Shown here: piece by piece, positions 1-15,000 of the stretch
Layout: each line of letters begins with the position of its first letter
Numbering within the stretch: the stretch's first letter is position 1
DNA from: Eledone cirrhosa
Lineage: Eukaryota
Length of the DNA stretch: 64,000 nt
Assembly: GCA_964016885.1 (NCBI GenBank)
Contig: OZ024740.1
Span: forward strand, 110,980,001 to 111,044,000
Direction: 5' to 3'
The notes under the pieces: model-generated
Seen by the model: only the letters and a program-made list of their open reading frames with translations
Told to the model about the DNA's origin: nothing
The model's database searches: none
Made by a program: the position numbers and the translations under genes

Positions 1-3000
1 TGTGTTGGTATGTGTTACTGTGTATGTCTGTGTGTTAATAAGTGTGTTGGTATGTGTTACTGTGTATGTCTGTGTGTTAATGTGTGTTGGTATGTGTTAC
101 TGTGTATGTCTGTGTGTTAATGTGTGTTGGTATGTGTTACTGTGTATGTCTGTGTGTTAATATGTGTTGGTATGTGTTACTGTGTATGTCTGTGTGTTAA
201 TGTGTGTTGGTATGTGTTACTGTGTATGTCTGTGTGTTAATATGTATGTTGGTATGTGTTACTGTGTATGTCTGTGTGTTAAAGTGTGTTGGTATGTGTT
301 ACTGTGTATGTCTGTGTGTTAATATATGTGTTGGTATGTGTTACTGTGTATGTCTGTGTGTTAATATGTGTGTTGGTATGTGTTACTGTGTATGTCTGTG
401 TGTTAATATGTGTGATGGTATGTGTTACTGTGTATGTCTGTGTGTTAATATGTGTGTTGGTATGTGTTACTGTGTATGTCTGTGTGTTAATATATGTTTT
501 GGTATGTGTTACTGTGTATGTCTGTGTGTTAATATGTGTTGGTATGTGTTACTGTGTATGTATGTGTGTTAATATGTGTGTTGGTATGTGTTACTCTGTA
601 TGTCTGTGTGTTAATATGTGTTGGTATGTGTTACTGTGTATGTCTGTGTGTTAATGTGTGTTGGTATGTGTTACTGTGTATGTCTGTGTGTTAATGTGTG
701 TGTTGGTATGTGTTACTGTGTATGACTGTGTGTTAATGTGTGTTGGTATGTGTTACTGTGTATGTCTGTGTGTTAATATGTGTTGGTATGTGTTACTGTG
801 TATGTCTGTGTGTTAATGTGTGTGTTGGTATGTGTTACTGTGTATGTCTGTGTGTTAATATGTGTGTTGGTATGTGTTACTGTGTATGTCTGTGTGTTAA
901 TGTGTGTGTTGGTATGTGTTACTGTGTATGTCTGTGTGTTAATATGTGTGTTGATATGTGTTACTGTGTATGTCTGAGTGTTAATGTGTGTTGGTATGTG
1001 TTACTGTGTATGTATGTGTGTTAATATGTGTGTTGGTATGTGTTACTGTGTATGTCTGTGTGTTAATATGTGTGTTGGTATGTGTTACTGTGTATGTCTG
1101 TGTGTTAATGTGTGTGTTGGTATGTGTTACTGTGTATGTCTGTGTGTTAATATGTGTGTTGGTATGTGTTACTGTGTATGTCTGTGTGTTAATATGTGTG
1201 TTGGTATGTGTTACTGTGTATGTCTGTGTGTTAATATATGTTTTGGTATGTGTTACTGTGTATGTCTGTGTGTTAATATGTGTGTTGCTATGTGTTACTG
1301 TGTATGTCTGTGTGTTAATATGTGTGTTGGTATGTGTTACTGTGTATGTCTGTGTGTTAATATGTGTGTTGGTATGTGTTACTGTGTATGTCTGTGTGTT
1401 AATATGTGTGTTGGTATGTGTTACTGTGTATGTCTGTGTTAATATGTGTGTTGGTATGTGTTACTGTGTATGTCTGTGTGTTAATATGTGTGTTGGTATG
1501 TGTTACTGTGTATGTCTGTGTGTTAATATGTGTGTTGGTATGTGTTACTGTGCATGTCTGTGTGTTAATATATGTGTTGGTATGCGTTACTGTGTATGTC
1601 TGTGTGCTAATATGTGTGTTGGTATGTGTTACTGTGTATGTATGTGTGTTAATATGTGTGTTGGTATGTGTTACTGTGTATGTCTGTGTGTTAATATATG
1701 TGTTGGTCTGTGTTACTGTGTATGTCTGTGTGTTAATATCTGTGTTGGTATGTGTTACTGTGTATGTCTGTGTGTTAATATGTGTGTTGGTATGTGTTAC
1801 TGTGTATGTCTGTGTGTTAATATGTGTGTTGGTATGTGTTACTGTGTATGTCTGTGTGTTAATATGTGTGTTGGTATGTGTTATTGTGTATGTCTGTGTG
1901 TTAATATGTGTGTTGGTATGTGTTACTGTGTATGTCTGTGTGTTAATATGTGTGTTGGTATGTGTTACCGTTTATGTCTGTGTGTTAATATATGTGTTGG
2001 TATGTGTTACTCTTTATGTCTGTGTGTTAATATGTGTGTTGGTATGTGTTACTGTGTATGTCCGTGCGTTAATATGTGTGTTGTTATGTGTTAGTGTGTA
2101 TGTCTGTGTGTTAATATATGTGTTGGTATGTGTTACTGTGTATGTCTGTGTGTTAATGTGTGTGTTGGTATGTGTTACTGTGTATGTCTGTGTGTTAATA
2201 TGTGTGTTGTTATGTGTTACTGTGTATGTCTGTGTGTTAATGTGTGTTGGTATGTGTTACTGTGTATGTCTATGTGTTAATGTGTGTGTTGGTATGTGTT
2301 ACTGTGTATGTCTGTGTGTTAATGTGTGTTGGTATGTGTTACTGTGTATGTCTGTGTGTTAATATGTGTTGGTATGTGTTACTGTGTATGTCTGTGTGTT
2401 AATGTGTGTGTTGGTATGTGTTACTGTGTATGTCTGTGTGTTAATATGTGTGTTGGTATGTGTTACTGTGTATGTCTGTGTGTTAATATGTGTGTTGGTA
2501 TGTGTTACTGTGTATGTCTGTGTGTTAATATGTGTGTTGGTATGTGTTACTGTGTATGTCTGTGTGTTAATACGTGTGTTGGTATGTGTTACTTTGTATG
2601 ACTGTGTGTTAATGTGTGTGTTGGTATGTGTTACTGTGTATGTCTGTGTGTTAATATGTGTGTTGGTATGTGTTACTGTGTATGTCTGTGTGTTAATATG
2701 TGTGTTGGTATGTGTTACTGTGTATGTCTGTGTGTTAATATGTGTGTTGGTATGTGTTACTGTGTATGTCTGTGTGTTAATGTGTGTTGGTATTTGTTAC
2801 TGTGTCTGTCTGTGTGTTAATATGTATGTTGGTATGTGTTACTGTGTATGTCTGTGTGTTAATATGGGTGTTGGTATGTGTTACTGTGTGTGTCTGTGTG
2901 TTAATATGTGTGTTGGTATGTGTTACTGTGTATGTCTGTGTGTTAATGTGTGTTGGTATGTGTTACTCTGTATGTCTGTGTGTTAATGTGTGTTGGTATG

Positions 3001-6000
3001 TGTTACTGTGTATGTCTGTGTGTTAATATGTGTGTTGGTATGTGTTACTGTGTATGTCTGTGTGTTAATATGTGTTGGTATGTGTTACTGTGTATGTCTG
3101 TGTGTTAATATGTGTGTTGGTATGTGTTACTGTGTATGTCTCTGTGTTAATATGTGTTGGTATGTGTTACTGTGTATGTCTGTGTGTTAATAAGTGTGTT
3201 GGTATGTGTTACTGTGTATGTCTGAGTGTTAATGTGTGTTGGTATGTGTTACTGTGTATGTATGTGTGTTAATATGTGTGTTGGTATGTGTTACTGTGTA
3301 TGTCTGTGTGTTAATATGTGTGTTGGTATGTGTTACTGTGTATGTCTGTGTGTTAATGTGTGTGTTGGTATGTGTTACTGTGTATGTCTGTGTGTTAATA
3401 TGTGTGTTGGTATGTGTTACTGTGTATGTCTGTGTGTTAATATGTCTGTTGGTATGTGTTACTGTGTATGTCTGTGTGTTAATATGTCTGTTGGTATGTG
3501 TTACTGTGTATGTCTGTGTGTTAATGTGTGTTGGTATGTGTTACTGTGTATGTCTGTGTGTTAATATGTATGTTGGTATGTGTTACTGTGTATGTCTGTG
3601 TGTTAATATGTGTTGGTATGTGTTACTGTGTATGTCTGTGTGTTAATATGTGTGTTGGTATGTGTTACTGTGTATGTCTGTGTGTTAATATGTGTGTTGG
3701 TATGTGTTACTGTGTATGTCTGTGTGTTAATATGTATGTTGGTATGTGTTACTGTGTATGTCTGTGTGTTAATATGTGTTGGTATGTGTTACTGTGTATG
3801 TCTGTGTGTTAATAAGTGTGTTGGTATGTGTTACTGTGTATGTCTGTGTGTTAATGTGTGTTGGTATGTGTTACTGTGTATGTCTGTGTGTTAATGTGTG
3901 TTGGTATGTGTTACTGTGTATGTCTGTGTGTTAATATGTGTTGGTATGTGTTACTGTGTATGTCTGTGTGTTAATGTGTGTTGGTATGTGTTACTGTGTA
4001 TGTCTGTGTGTTAATATGTATGTTGGTATGTGTTACTGTGTATGTCTGTGTGTTAAAGTGTGTTGGTATGTGTTACTGTGTATGTCTGTGTGTTAATATA
4101 TGTGTTGGTATGTGTTACTCTGTATGTCTGTGTGTTAATATGTGTGTTGGTATGTGTTACTGTGTATGTCTGTGTGTTAATATGTGTGATGGTATGTGTT
4201 ACTGTGTATGTCTGTGTGTTAATATATGTTTTGGTATGTGTTACTGTGTATGTCTGTGTGTTAATATGTGTGTTGCTATGTGTTACTGTGTATGTCTGTG
4301 TGTTAATATGTGTGTTGGTATGTGTTACTGTGTATGTCTGTGTGTTAATATGTGTGTTGGTATGTGTTACTGTGTATGTCTGTGTGTTAATATGTGTGTT
4401 GGTATGTGTTACTGTGTATGTCTGTGTTAATATGTGTGTTGGTATGTGTTACTGTGTATGTCTGTGTGTTAATATGTGTGTTGGTATGTGTTACTGTGTA
4501 TGTCTGTGTGTTAATATGTGTGTTGGTATGTGTTACTGTGCATGTCTGTGTGTTAATATATGTGTTGGTATGCGTTACTGTGTATGTCTGTGTGCTAATA
4601 TGTGTGTTGGTATATGTTACTGTGTATGTATGTGTGTTAATATGTGTGTTGGTATGTGTTACTGTGTATGTCTGTGTGTTAATATATGTGTTGGTATGTG
4701 TTACTGTGTATGTCTGTGTGTTAATATGTGTGTTGGTATGTGTTACTGTGTATGTCTGTGTGTTAATATGTGTGTTGGTATGTGTTACTGTGTATGTCTG
4801 TGTGTTAATATATGTGTTGGTCTGTGTTACTGTGTATGTCTGTGTGTTAATATCTGTGTTGGTATGTGTTACTGTGTATGTCTGTGTGTTAATATGTGTG
4901 TTGGTATGTGTTACTGTGTATGTCTGTGTGTTAATATGTGTGTTGGTATGTGTTACTTTGTATGACTGTGTGTTAATGTGTGTGTTGGTATGTGTTACTG
5001 TGTATGTCTGTGTGTTAATATCTGTGTTGGTATGTGTTACTGTGTATGTCTGTGTGTTAATATGTGTGTTGGTATGTGTTACTGTGTATGTCTGTGTGTT
5101 AATACGTGTGTTGGTATGTGTTACTTTGTATGACTGTGTGTTAATGTGTGTGTTGGTATGTGTTACTGTGTATGTCTGTGTGTTAATATGTGTGTTGGTA
5201 TGTGTTACTGTGTATGTCTGTGTGTTAATATGTGTGTTGGTATGTGTTACTGTGTATGTCTGTGTGTTAATATGTGTGTTGGTATGTGTTACTGTGTATG
5301 TCTGTGTGTTAATGTGTGTTGGTATTTGTTACTGTGTCTGTCTGTGTGTTAATATGTATGTTGGTATGTGTTACTGTGTATGTCTGTGTGTTAATATGGG
5401 TGTTGGTATGTGTTACTGTGTGTGTCTGTGTGTTAATATGTGTGTTGGTATGTGTTACTGTGTATGTCTGTGTGTTAATATGTGTGTTGGTATGTGTTAC
5501 TCTGTATGTCTGTGTGTTAATGTGTGTTGGTATGTGTTACTGTGTATGTCTGTGTGTTAATATGTGTGTTGGTATGTGTTACTGTGTATGTCTGTGTGTT
5601 AATATGTGTTGGTATGTGTTACTGTGTATGTCTGTGTGTTAATATGTGTGTTGGTATGTGTTACTGTGTATGTCTGTGTGTTAATATGTGTTGGTATGTG
5701 TTACTGTGTATGTCTGTGTGTTAATAAGTGTGTTGGTATGTGTTACTGTGTATGTCTGAGTGTTAATGTGTGTTGGTATGTGTTACTGTGTATGTATGTG
5801 TGTTAATATGTGTGTTGGTATGTGTTACTGTGTATGTCTGTGTGTTAATATGTGTGTTGGTATGTGTTACTGTGTATGTCTGTGTGTTAATGTGTGTGTT
5901 GGTATGTGTTACTGTGTATGTCTGTGTGTTAATATGTGTGTTGGTATGTGTTACTGTGTATGTCTGTGTGTTAATATGTCTGTTGGTATGTGTTACTGTG

Positions 6001-9000
6001 TATGTCTGTGTGTTAATATGTCTGTTGGTATGTGTTACTGTGTATGTCTGTGTGTTAATGTGTGTTGGTATGTGTTACTGTGTATGTCTGTGTGTTAATA
6101 TGTATGTTGGTATGTGTTACTGTGTATGTCTGTGTGTTAATATGTGTTGGTATGTGTTACTGTGTATGTCTGTGTGTTAATATGTGTGTTGGTATGTGTT
6201 ACTGTGTATGTCTGTGTGTTAATATGTGTGTTGGTATGTGTTACTGTGTATGTCTGTGTGTTAATATGTATGTTGGTATGTGTTACTGTGTATGTCTGTG
6301 TGTTAATATGTGTTGGTATGTGTTACTGTGTATGTCTGTGTGTTAATAAGTGTGTTGGTATGTGTTACTGTGTATGTCTGTGTGTTAATGTGTGTTGGTA
6401 TGTGTTACTGTGTATGTCTGTGTGTTAATGTGTGTTGGTATGTGTTACTGTGTATGTCTGTGTGTTAATATGTGTTGGTATGTGTTACTGTGTATGTCTG
6501 TGTGTTAATGTGTGTTGGTATGTGTTACTGTGTATGTCTGTGTGTTAATATGTATGTTGGTATGTGTTACTGTGTATGTCTGTGTGTTAAAGTGTGTTGG
6601 TATGTGTTACTGTGTATGTCTGTGTGTTAATATATGTGTTGGTATGTGTTACTCTGTATGTCTGTGTGTTAATATGTGTGTTGGTATGTGTTACTGTGTA
6701 TGTCTGTGTGTTAATATGTGTGATGGTATGTGTTACTGTGTATGTCTGTGTGTTAATATATGTTTTGGTATGTGTTACTGTGTATGTCTGTGTGTTAATA
6801 TGTGTGTTGCTATGTGTTACTGTGTATGTCTGTGTGTTAATATGTGTGTTGGTATGTGTTACTGTGTATGTCTGTGTGTTAATATGTGTGTTGGTATGTG
6901 TTACTGTGTATGTCTGTGTGTTAATATGTGTGTTGGTATGTGTTACTGTGTATGTCTGTGTTAATATGTGTGTTGGTATGTGTTACTGTGTATGTCTGTG
7001 TGTTAATATGTGTGTTGGTATGTGTTACTGTGTATGTCTGTGTGTTAATATGTGTGTTGGTATGTGTTACTGTGCATGTCTGTGTGTTAATATATGTGTT
7101 GGTATGCGTTACTGTGTATGTCTGTGTGCTAATATGTGTGTTGGTATATGTTACTGTGTATGTATGTGTGTTAATATGTGTGTTGGTATGTGTTACTGTG
7201 TATGTCTGTGTGTTAATATATGTGTTGGTATGTGTTACTGTGTATGTCTGTGTGTTAATATGTGTGTTGGTATGTGTTACTGTGTATGTCTGTGTGTTAA
7301 TATGTGTGTTGGTATGTGTTACTGTGTATGTCTGTGTGTTAATATATGTGTTGGTCTGTGTTACTGTGTATGTCTGTGTGTTAATATCTGTGTTGGTATG
7401 TGTTACTGTGTATGTCTGTGTGTTAATATGTGTGTTGGTATGTGTTACTGTGTATGTCTGTGTGTTAATATGTGTGTTGGTATGTGTTACTGTGTATGTC
7501 TGTGTGTTAATATGTGTGTTGGTATGTGTTATTGTGTATGTCTGTGTGTTAATATGTGTGTTGGTATGTGTTACTGTGTATGTCTGTGTGTTAATATGTG
7601 TGTTGGTATGTGTTACCGTTTATGTCTGTGTGTTAATATATGTGTTGGTATGTGTTACTCTTTATGTCTGTGTGTTAATATGTGTGTTGGTATGTGTTAC
7701 TGTGTATGTCCGTGCGTTAATATGTGTGTTGTTATGTGTTAGTGTGTATGTCTGTGTGTTAATATATGTGTTGGTATGTGTTACTGTGTATGTCTGTGTG
7801 TTAATGTGTGTGTTGGTATGTGTTACTGTGTATGTCTGTGTGTTAATATGTGTGTTGTTATGTGTTACTGTGTATGTCTGTGTGTTAATGTGTGTTGGTA
7901 TGTGTTACTGTGTATGTCTATGTGTTAATGTGTGTGTTGGTATGTGTTACTGTGTATGTCTGTGTGTTAATGTGTGTTGGTATGTGTTACTGTGTATGTC
8001 TGTGTGTTAATATGTGTTGGTATGTGTTACTGTGTATGTCTGTGTGTTAATGTGTGTGTTGGTATGTGTTACTGTGTATGTCTGTGTGTTAATATGTGTG
8101 TTGGTATGTGTTACTGTGTATGTCTGTGTGTTAATATGTGTGTTGGTATGTGTTACTGTGTATGTCTGTGTGTTAATATGTGTGTTGGTATGTGTTACTG
8201 TGTATGTCTGTGTGTTAATACGTGTGTTGGTATGTGTTACTTTGTATGACTGTGTGTTAATGTGTGTGTTGGTATGTGTTACTGTGTATGTCTGTGTGTT
8301 AATATGTGTGTTGGTATGTGTTACTGTGTATGTCTGTGTGTTAATATGTGTGTTGGTATGTGTTACTGTGTATGTCTGTGTGTTAATATGTGTGTTGGTA
8401 TGTGTTACTGTGTATGTCTGTGTGTTAATGTGTGTTGGTATTTGTTACTGTGTCTGTCTGTGTGTTAATATGTATGTTGGTATGTGTTACTGTGTATGTC
8501 TGTGTGTTAATATGGGTGTTGGTATGTGTTACTGTGTGTGTCTGTGTGTTAATATGTGTGTTGGTATGTGTTACTGTGTATGTCTGTGTGTTAATATGTG
8601 TGTTGGTATGTGTTACTCTGTATGTCTGTGTGTTAATATGTGTGTTGGTATGTGTTACTGTGTATGTCTGTGTGTTAATATGTGTGATGGTATGTGTTAC
8701 TGTGTATGTCTGTGTGTTAATATATGTTTTGGTATGTGTTACTGTGTATGTCTGTGTGTTAATATGTGTGTTGCTATGTGTTACTGTGTATGTCTGTGTG
8801 TTAATATGTGTGTTGGTATGTGTTACTGTGTATGTCTGTGTGTTAATATGTGTGTTGGTATGTGTTACTGTGTATGTCTGTGTGTTAATATGTGTGTTGG
8901 TATGTGTTACTGTGTATGTCTGTGTTAATATGTGTGTTGGTATGTGTTACTGTGTATGTCTGTGTGTTAATATGTGTGTTGGTATGTGTTACTGTGTATG

Positions 9001-12000
9001 TCTGTGTGTTAATATGTGTGTTGGTATGTGTTACTGTGCATGTCTGTGTGTTAATATATGTGTTGGTATGCGTTACTGTGTATGTCTGTGTGCTAATATG
9101 TGTGTTGGTATATGTTACTGTGTATGTATGTGTGTTAATATGTGTGTTGGTATGTGTTACTGTGTATGTCTGTGTGTTAATATATGTGTTGGTATGTGTT
9201 ACTGTGTATGTCTGTGTGTTAATATGTGTGTTGGTATGTGTTACTGTGTATGTCTGTGTGTTAATATGTGTGTTGGTATGTGTTACTGTGTATGTCTGTG
9301 TGTTAATATATGTGTTGGTCTGTGTTACTGTGTATGTCTGTGTGTTAATATCTGTGTTGGTATGTGTTACTGTGTATGTCTGTGTGTTAATATGTGTGTT
9401 GGTATGTGTTACTGTGTATGTCTGTGTGTTAATATGTGTGTTGGTATGTGTTACTTTGTATGACTGTGTGTTAATGTGTGTGTTGGTATGTGTTACTGTG
9501 TATGTCTGTGTGTTAATATCTGTGTTGGTATGTGTTACTGTGTATGTCTGTGTGTTAATATGTGTGTTGGTATGTGTTACTGTGTATGTCTGTGTGTTAA
9601 TACGTGTGTTGGTATGTGTTACTTTGTATGACTGTGTGTTAATGTGTGTGTTGGTATGTGTTACTGTGTATGTCTGTGTGTTAATATGTGTGTTGGTATG
9701 TGTTACTGTGTATGTCTGTGTGTTAATATGTGTGTTGGTATGTGTTACTGTGTAGGTCTGTGTGTTAATATGTGTGTTGGTATGTGTTACTGTGTATGTC
9801 TGTGTGTTAATGTGTGTTGGTATTTGTTACTGTGTCTGTCTGTGTGTTAATATGTATGTTGGTATGTGTTACTGTGTATGTCTGTGTGTTAATATGGGTG
9901 TTGGTATGTGTTACTGTGTGTGTCTGTGTGTTAATATGTGTGTTGGTATGTGTTACTGTGTATGTCTGTGTGTTAATATGTGTGTTGGTATGTGTTACTC
10001 TGTATGTCTGTGTGTTAATGTGTGTTGGTATGTGTTACTGTGTATGTCTGTGTGTTAATATGTGTGTTGGTATGTGTTACTGTGTATGTCTGTGTGTTAA
10101 TATGTGTTGGTATGTGTTACTGTGTATGTCTGTGTGTTAATATGTGTGTTGGTATGTGTTACTGTGTATGTCTGTGTGTTAATATGTGTTGGTATGTGTT
10201 ACTGTGTATGCCTGTGTGTTAATAAGTGTGTTGGTACGTGTTACTGTGTATGTCTGAGTGTTAATGTGTGTTGGTATGTGTTACTGTGTATGTATGTGTG
10301 TTAATATGTGTGTTGGTATGTGTTACTGTGTATGTCTGTGTGTTAATATGTGTGTTGGTATGTGTTACTGTGTATGTCTGTGTGTTAATGTGTGTGTTGG
10401 TATGTGTTACTGTGTATGTCTGTGTGTTAATATGTGTGTTGGTATGTGTTACTGTGTATGTCTGTGTGTTAATATGTCTGTTGGTATGTGTTACTGTGTA
10501 TGTCTGTGTGTTAATATGTCTGTTGGTATGTGTTACTGTGTATGTCTGTGTGTTAATGTGTGTTGGTATGTGTTACTGTGTATGTCTGTGTGTTAATATG
10601 TATGTTGGTATGTGTTACTGTGTATGTCTGTGTGTTAATATGTGTTGGTATGTGTTACTGTGTATGTCTGTGTGTTAATATGTGTGTTGGTATGTGTTAC
10701 TGTGTATGTCTGTGTGTTAATATGTGTGTTGGTATGTGTTACTGTGTATGTCTGTGTGTTAATATGTATGTTGGTATGTGTTACTGTGTATGTCTGTGTG
10801 TTAATATGTGTTGGTATGTGTTACTGTGTATGTCTGTGTGTTAATAAGTGTGTTGGTATGTGTTACTGTGTATGTCTGTGTGTTAATGTGTGTTGGTATG
10901 TGTTACTGTGTATGTCTGTGTGTTAATGTGTGTTGGTATGTGTTACTGTGTATGTCTGTGTGTTAATATGTGTTGGTATGTGTTACTGTGTATGTCTCTG
11001 TGTTAATGTGTGTTGGTATGTGTTACTGTGTATGTCTGTGTGTTAATATGTATGTTGGTATGTGTTACTGTGTATGACTGTGTGTTAAAGTGTGTTGGTA
11101 TGTGTTACTGTGTATGTCTGTGTGTTAATATATGTGTTGGTATGTGTTACTCTGTATGTCTGTGTGTTAATATGTGTGTTGGTATGTGTTACTGTGTATG
11201 TCTGTGTGTTAATATGTGTGATGGTATGTGTTACTGTGTATGTCTGTGTGTTAATATATGTTTTGGTATGTGTTACTGTGTATGTCTGTGTGTTAATATG
11301 TGTGTTGCTATGTGTTACTGTGTATGTCTGTGTGTTAATATGTGTGTTGGTATGTGTTACTGTGTATGTCTGTGTGTTAATATGTGTGTTGGTATGTGTT
11401 ACTGTGTATGTCTGTGTGTTAATATGTGTGTTGGTATGTGTTACTGTGTATGTCTGTGTTAATATGTGTGTTGGTATGTGTTACTGTGTATGTCTGTGTG
11501 TTAATATGTGTGTTGGTATGTGTTACTGTGTATGTCTGTGTGTTAATATGTGTGTTGGTATGTGTTACTGTGCATGTCTGTGTGTTAATATATGTGTTGG
11601 TATGCGTTACTGTGTATGTCTGTGTGCTAATATGTGTGTTGGTATATGTTACTGTGTATGTATGTGTGTTAATATGTGTGTTGGTATGTGTTACTGTGTA
11701 TGTCTGTGTGTTAATATATGTGTTGGTATGTGTTACTGTGTATGTCTGTGTGTTAATATGTGTGTTGGTATGTGTTACTGTGTATGTCTGTGTGTTAATA
11801 TGTGTGTTGGTATGTGTTACTGTGTATGTCTGTGTGTTAATATATGTGTTGGTCTGTGTTACTGTGTATGTCTGTGTGTTAATATCTGTGTTGGTATGTG
11901 TTACTGTGTATGTCTGTGTGTTAATATGTGTGTTGGTATGTGTTACTGTGTATGTCTGTGTGTTAATATGTGTGTTGGTATGTGTTACTGTGTATGTCTG

Positions 12001-15000
12001 TGTGTTAATATGTGTGTTGGTATGTGTTATTGTGTATGTCTGTGTGTTAATATGTGTGTTGGTATGTGTTACTGTGTATGTCTGTGTGTTAATATGTGTG
12101 TTGGTATGTGTTACCGTTTATGTCTGTGTGTTAATATATGTGTTGGTATGTGTTACTCTTTATGTCTGTGTGTTAATATGTGTGTTGGTATGTGTTACTG
12201 TGTATGTCCGTGCGTTAATATGTGTGTTGTTATGTGTTAGTGTGTATGTCTGTGTGTTAATATATGTGTTGGTATGTGTTACTGTGTATGTCTGTGTGTT
12301 AATGTGTGTGTTGGTATGTGTTACTGTGTATGTCTGTGTGTTAATATGTGTGTTGTTATGTGTTACTGTGTATGTCTGTGTGTTAATGTGTGTTGGTATG
12401 TGTTACTGTGTATGTCTATGTGTTAATGTGTGTGTTGGTATGTGTTACTGTGTATGTCTGTGTGTTAATGTGTGTTGGTATGTGTTACTGTGTATGTCTG
12501 TGTGTTAATATGTGTTGGTATGTGTTACTGTGTATGTCTGTGTGTTAATGTGTGTGTTGGTATGTGTTACTGTGTATGTCTGTGTGTTAATATGTGTGTT
12601 GGTATGTGTTACTGTGTATGTCTGTGTGTTAATATGTGTGTTGGTATGTGTTACTGTGTATGTCTGTGTGTTAATATGTGTGTTGGTATGTGTTACTGTG
12701 TATGTCTGTGTGTTAATACGTGTGTTGGTATGTGTTACTTTGTATGACTGTGTGTTAATGTGTGTGTTGGTATGTGTTACTGTGTATGTCTGTGTGTTAA
12801 TATGTGTGTTGGTATGTGTTACTGTGTATGTCTGTGTGTTAATATGTGTGTTGGTATGTGTTACTGTGTATGTCTGTGTGTTAATATGTGTGTTGGTATG
12901 TGTTACTGTGTATGTCTGTGTGTTAATGTGTGTTGGTATTTGTTACTGTGTCTGTCTGTGTGTTAATATGTATGTTGGTATGTGTTACTGTGTATGTCTG
13001 TGTGTTAATATGGGTGTTGGTATGTGTTACTGTGTGTGTCTGTGTGTTAATATGTGTGTTGGTATGTGTTACTGTGTATGTCTGTGTGTTAATATGTGTG
13101 TTGGTATGTGTTACTCTGTATGTCTGTGTGTTAATGTGTGTTGGTATGTGTTACTGTGTATGTCTGTGTGTTAATATGTGTGTTGGTATGTGTTACTGTG
13201 TATGTCTGTGTGTTAATATGTGTTGGTATGTGTTACTGTGTATGTCTGTGTGTTAATATGTGTGTTGGTATGTGTTACTGTGTATGTCTGTGTGTTAATA
13301 TGTGTTGGTATGTGTTACTGTGTATGTCTGTGTGTTAATAAGTGTGTTGGTATGTGTTACTGTGTATGTCTGAGTGTTAATGTGTGTTGGTATGTGTTAC
13401 TGTGTATGTATGTGTGTTAATATGTGTGTTGGTATGTGTTACTGTGTATGTCTGTGTGTTAATATGTGTGTTGGTATGTGTTACTGTGTATGTCTGTGTG
13501 TTAATGTGTGTGTTGGTATGTGTTACTGTGTATGTCTGTGTGTTAATATGTGTGTTGGTATGTGTTACTGTGTATGTCTGTGTGTTAATATGTCTGTTGG
13601 TATGTGTTACTGTGTATGTCTGTGTGTTAATATGTCTGTTGGTATGTGTTACTGTGTATGTCTGTGTGTTAATGTGTGTTGGTATGTGTTACTGTGTATG
13701 TCTGTGTGTTAATATGTATGTTGGTATGTGTTACTGTGTATGTCTGTGTGTTAATATGTGTTGGTATGTGTTACTGTGTATGTCTGTGTGTTAATATGTG
13801 TGTTGGTATGTGTTACTGTGTATGTCTGTGTGTTAATATGTGTGTTGGTATGTGTTACTGTGTATGTCTGTGTGTTAATATGTATGTTGGTATGTGTTAC
13901 TGTGTATGTCTGTGTGTTAATATGTGTTGGTATGTGTTACTGTGTATGTCTGTGTGTTAATAAGTGTGTTGGTATGTGTTACTGTGTATGTCTGTGTGTT
14001 AATGTGTGTTGGTATGTGTTACTGTGTATGTCTGTGTGTTAATGTGTGTTGGTATGTGTTACTGTGTATGTCTGTGTGTTAATATGTGTTGGTATGTGTT
14101 ACTGTGTATGTCTGTGTGTTAATGTGTGTTGGTATGTGTTACTGTGTATGTCTGTGTGTTAATATGTATGTTGGTATGTGTTACTGTGTATGTCTGTGTG
14201 TTAAAGTGTGTTGGTATGTGTTACTGTGTATGTCTGTGTGTTAATATATGTGTTGGTATGTGTTACTCTGTATGTCTGTGTGTTAATATGTGTGTTGGTA
14301 TGTGTTACTGTGTATGTCTGTGTGTTAATATGTGTGATGGTATGTGTTACTGTGTATGTCTGTGTGTTAATATATGTTTTGGTATGTGTTACTGTGTATG
14401 TCTGTGTGTTAATATGTGTGTTGCTATGTGTTACTGTGTATGTCTGTGTGTTAATATGTGTGTTGGTATGTGTTACTGTGTATGTCTGTGTGTTAATATG
14501 TGTGTTGGTATGTGTTACTGTGTATGTCTGTGTGTTAATATGTGTGTTGGTATGTGTTACTGTGTATGTCTGTGTTAATATGTGTGTTGGTATGTGTTAC
14601 TGTGTATGTCTGTGTGTTAATATGTGTGTTGGTATGTGTTACTGTGTATGTCTGTGTGTTAATATGTGTGTTGGTATGTGTTACTGTGCATGTCTGTGTG
14701 TTAATATATGTGTTGGTATGCGTTACTGTGTATGTCTGTGTGCTAATATGTGTGTTGGTATATGTTACTGTGTATGTATGTGTGTTAATATGTGTGTTGG
14801 TATGTGTTACTGTGTATGTCTGTGTGTTAATATATGTGTTGGTATGTGTTACTGTGTATGTCTGTGTGTTAATATGTGTGTTGGTATGTGTTACTGTGTA
14901 TGTCTGTGTGTTAATATGTGTGTTGGTATGTGTTACTGTGTATGTCTGTGTGTTAATATGTGTGTTGGTATGTGTTACTGTGTATGTCTGTGTGTTAATA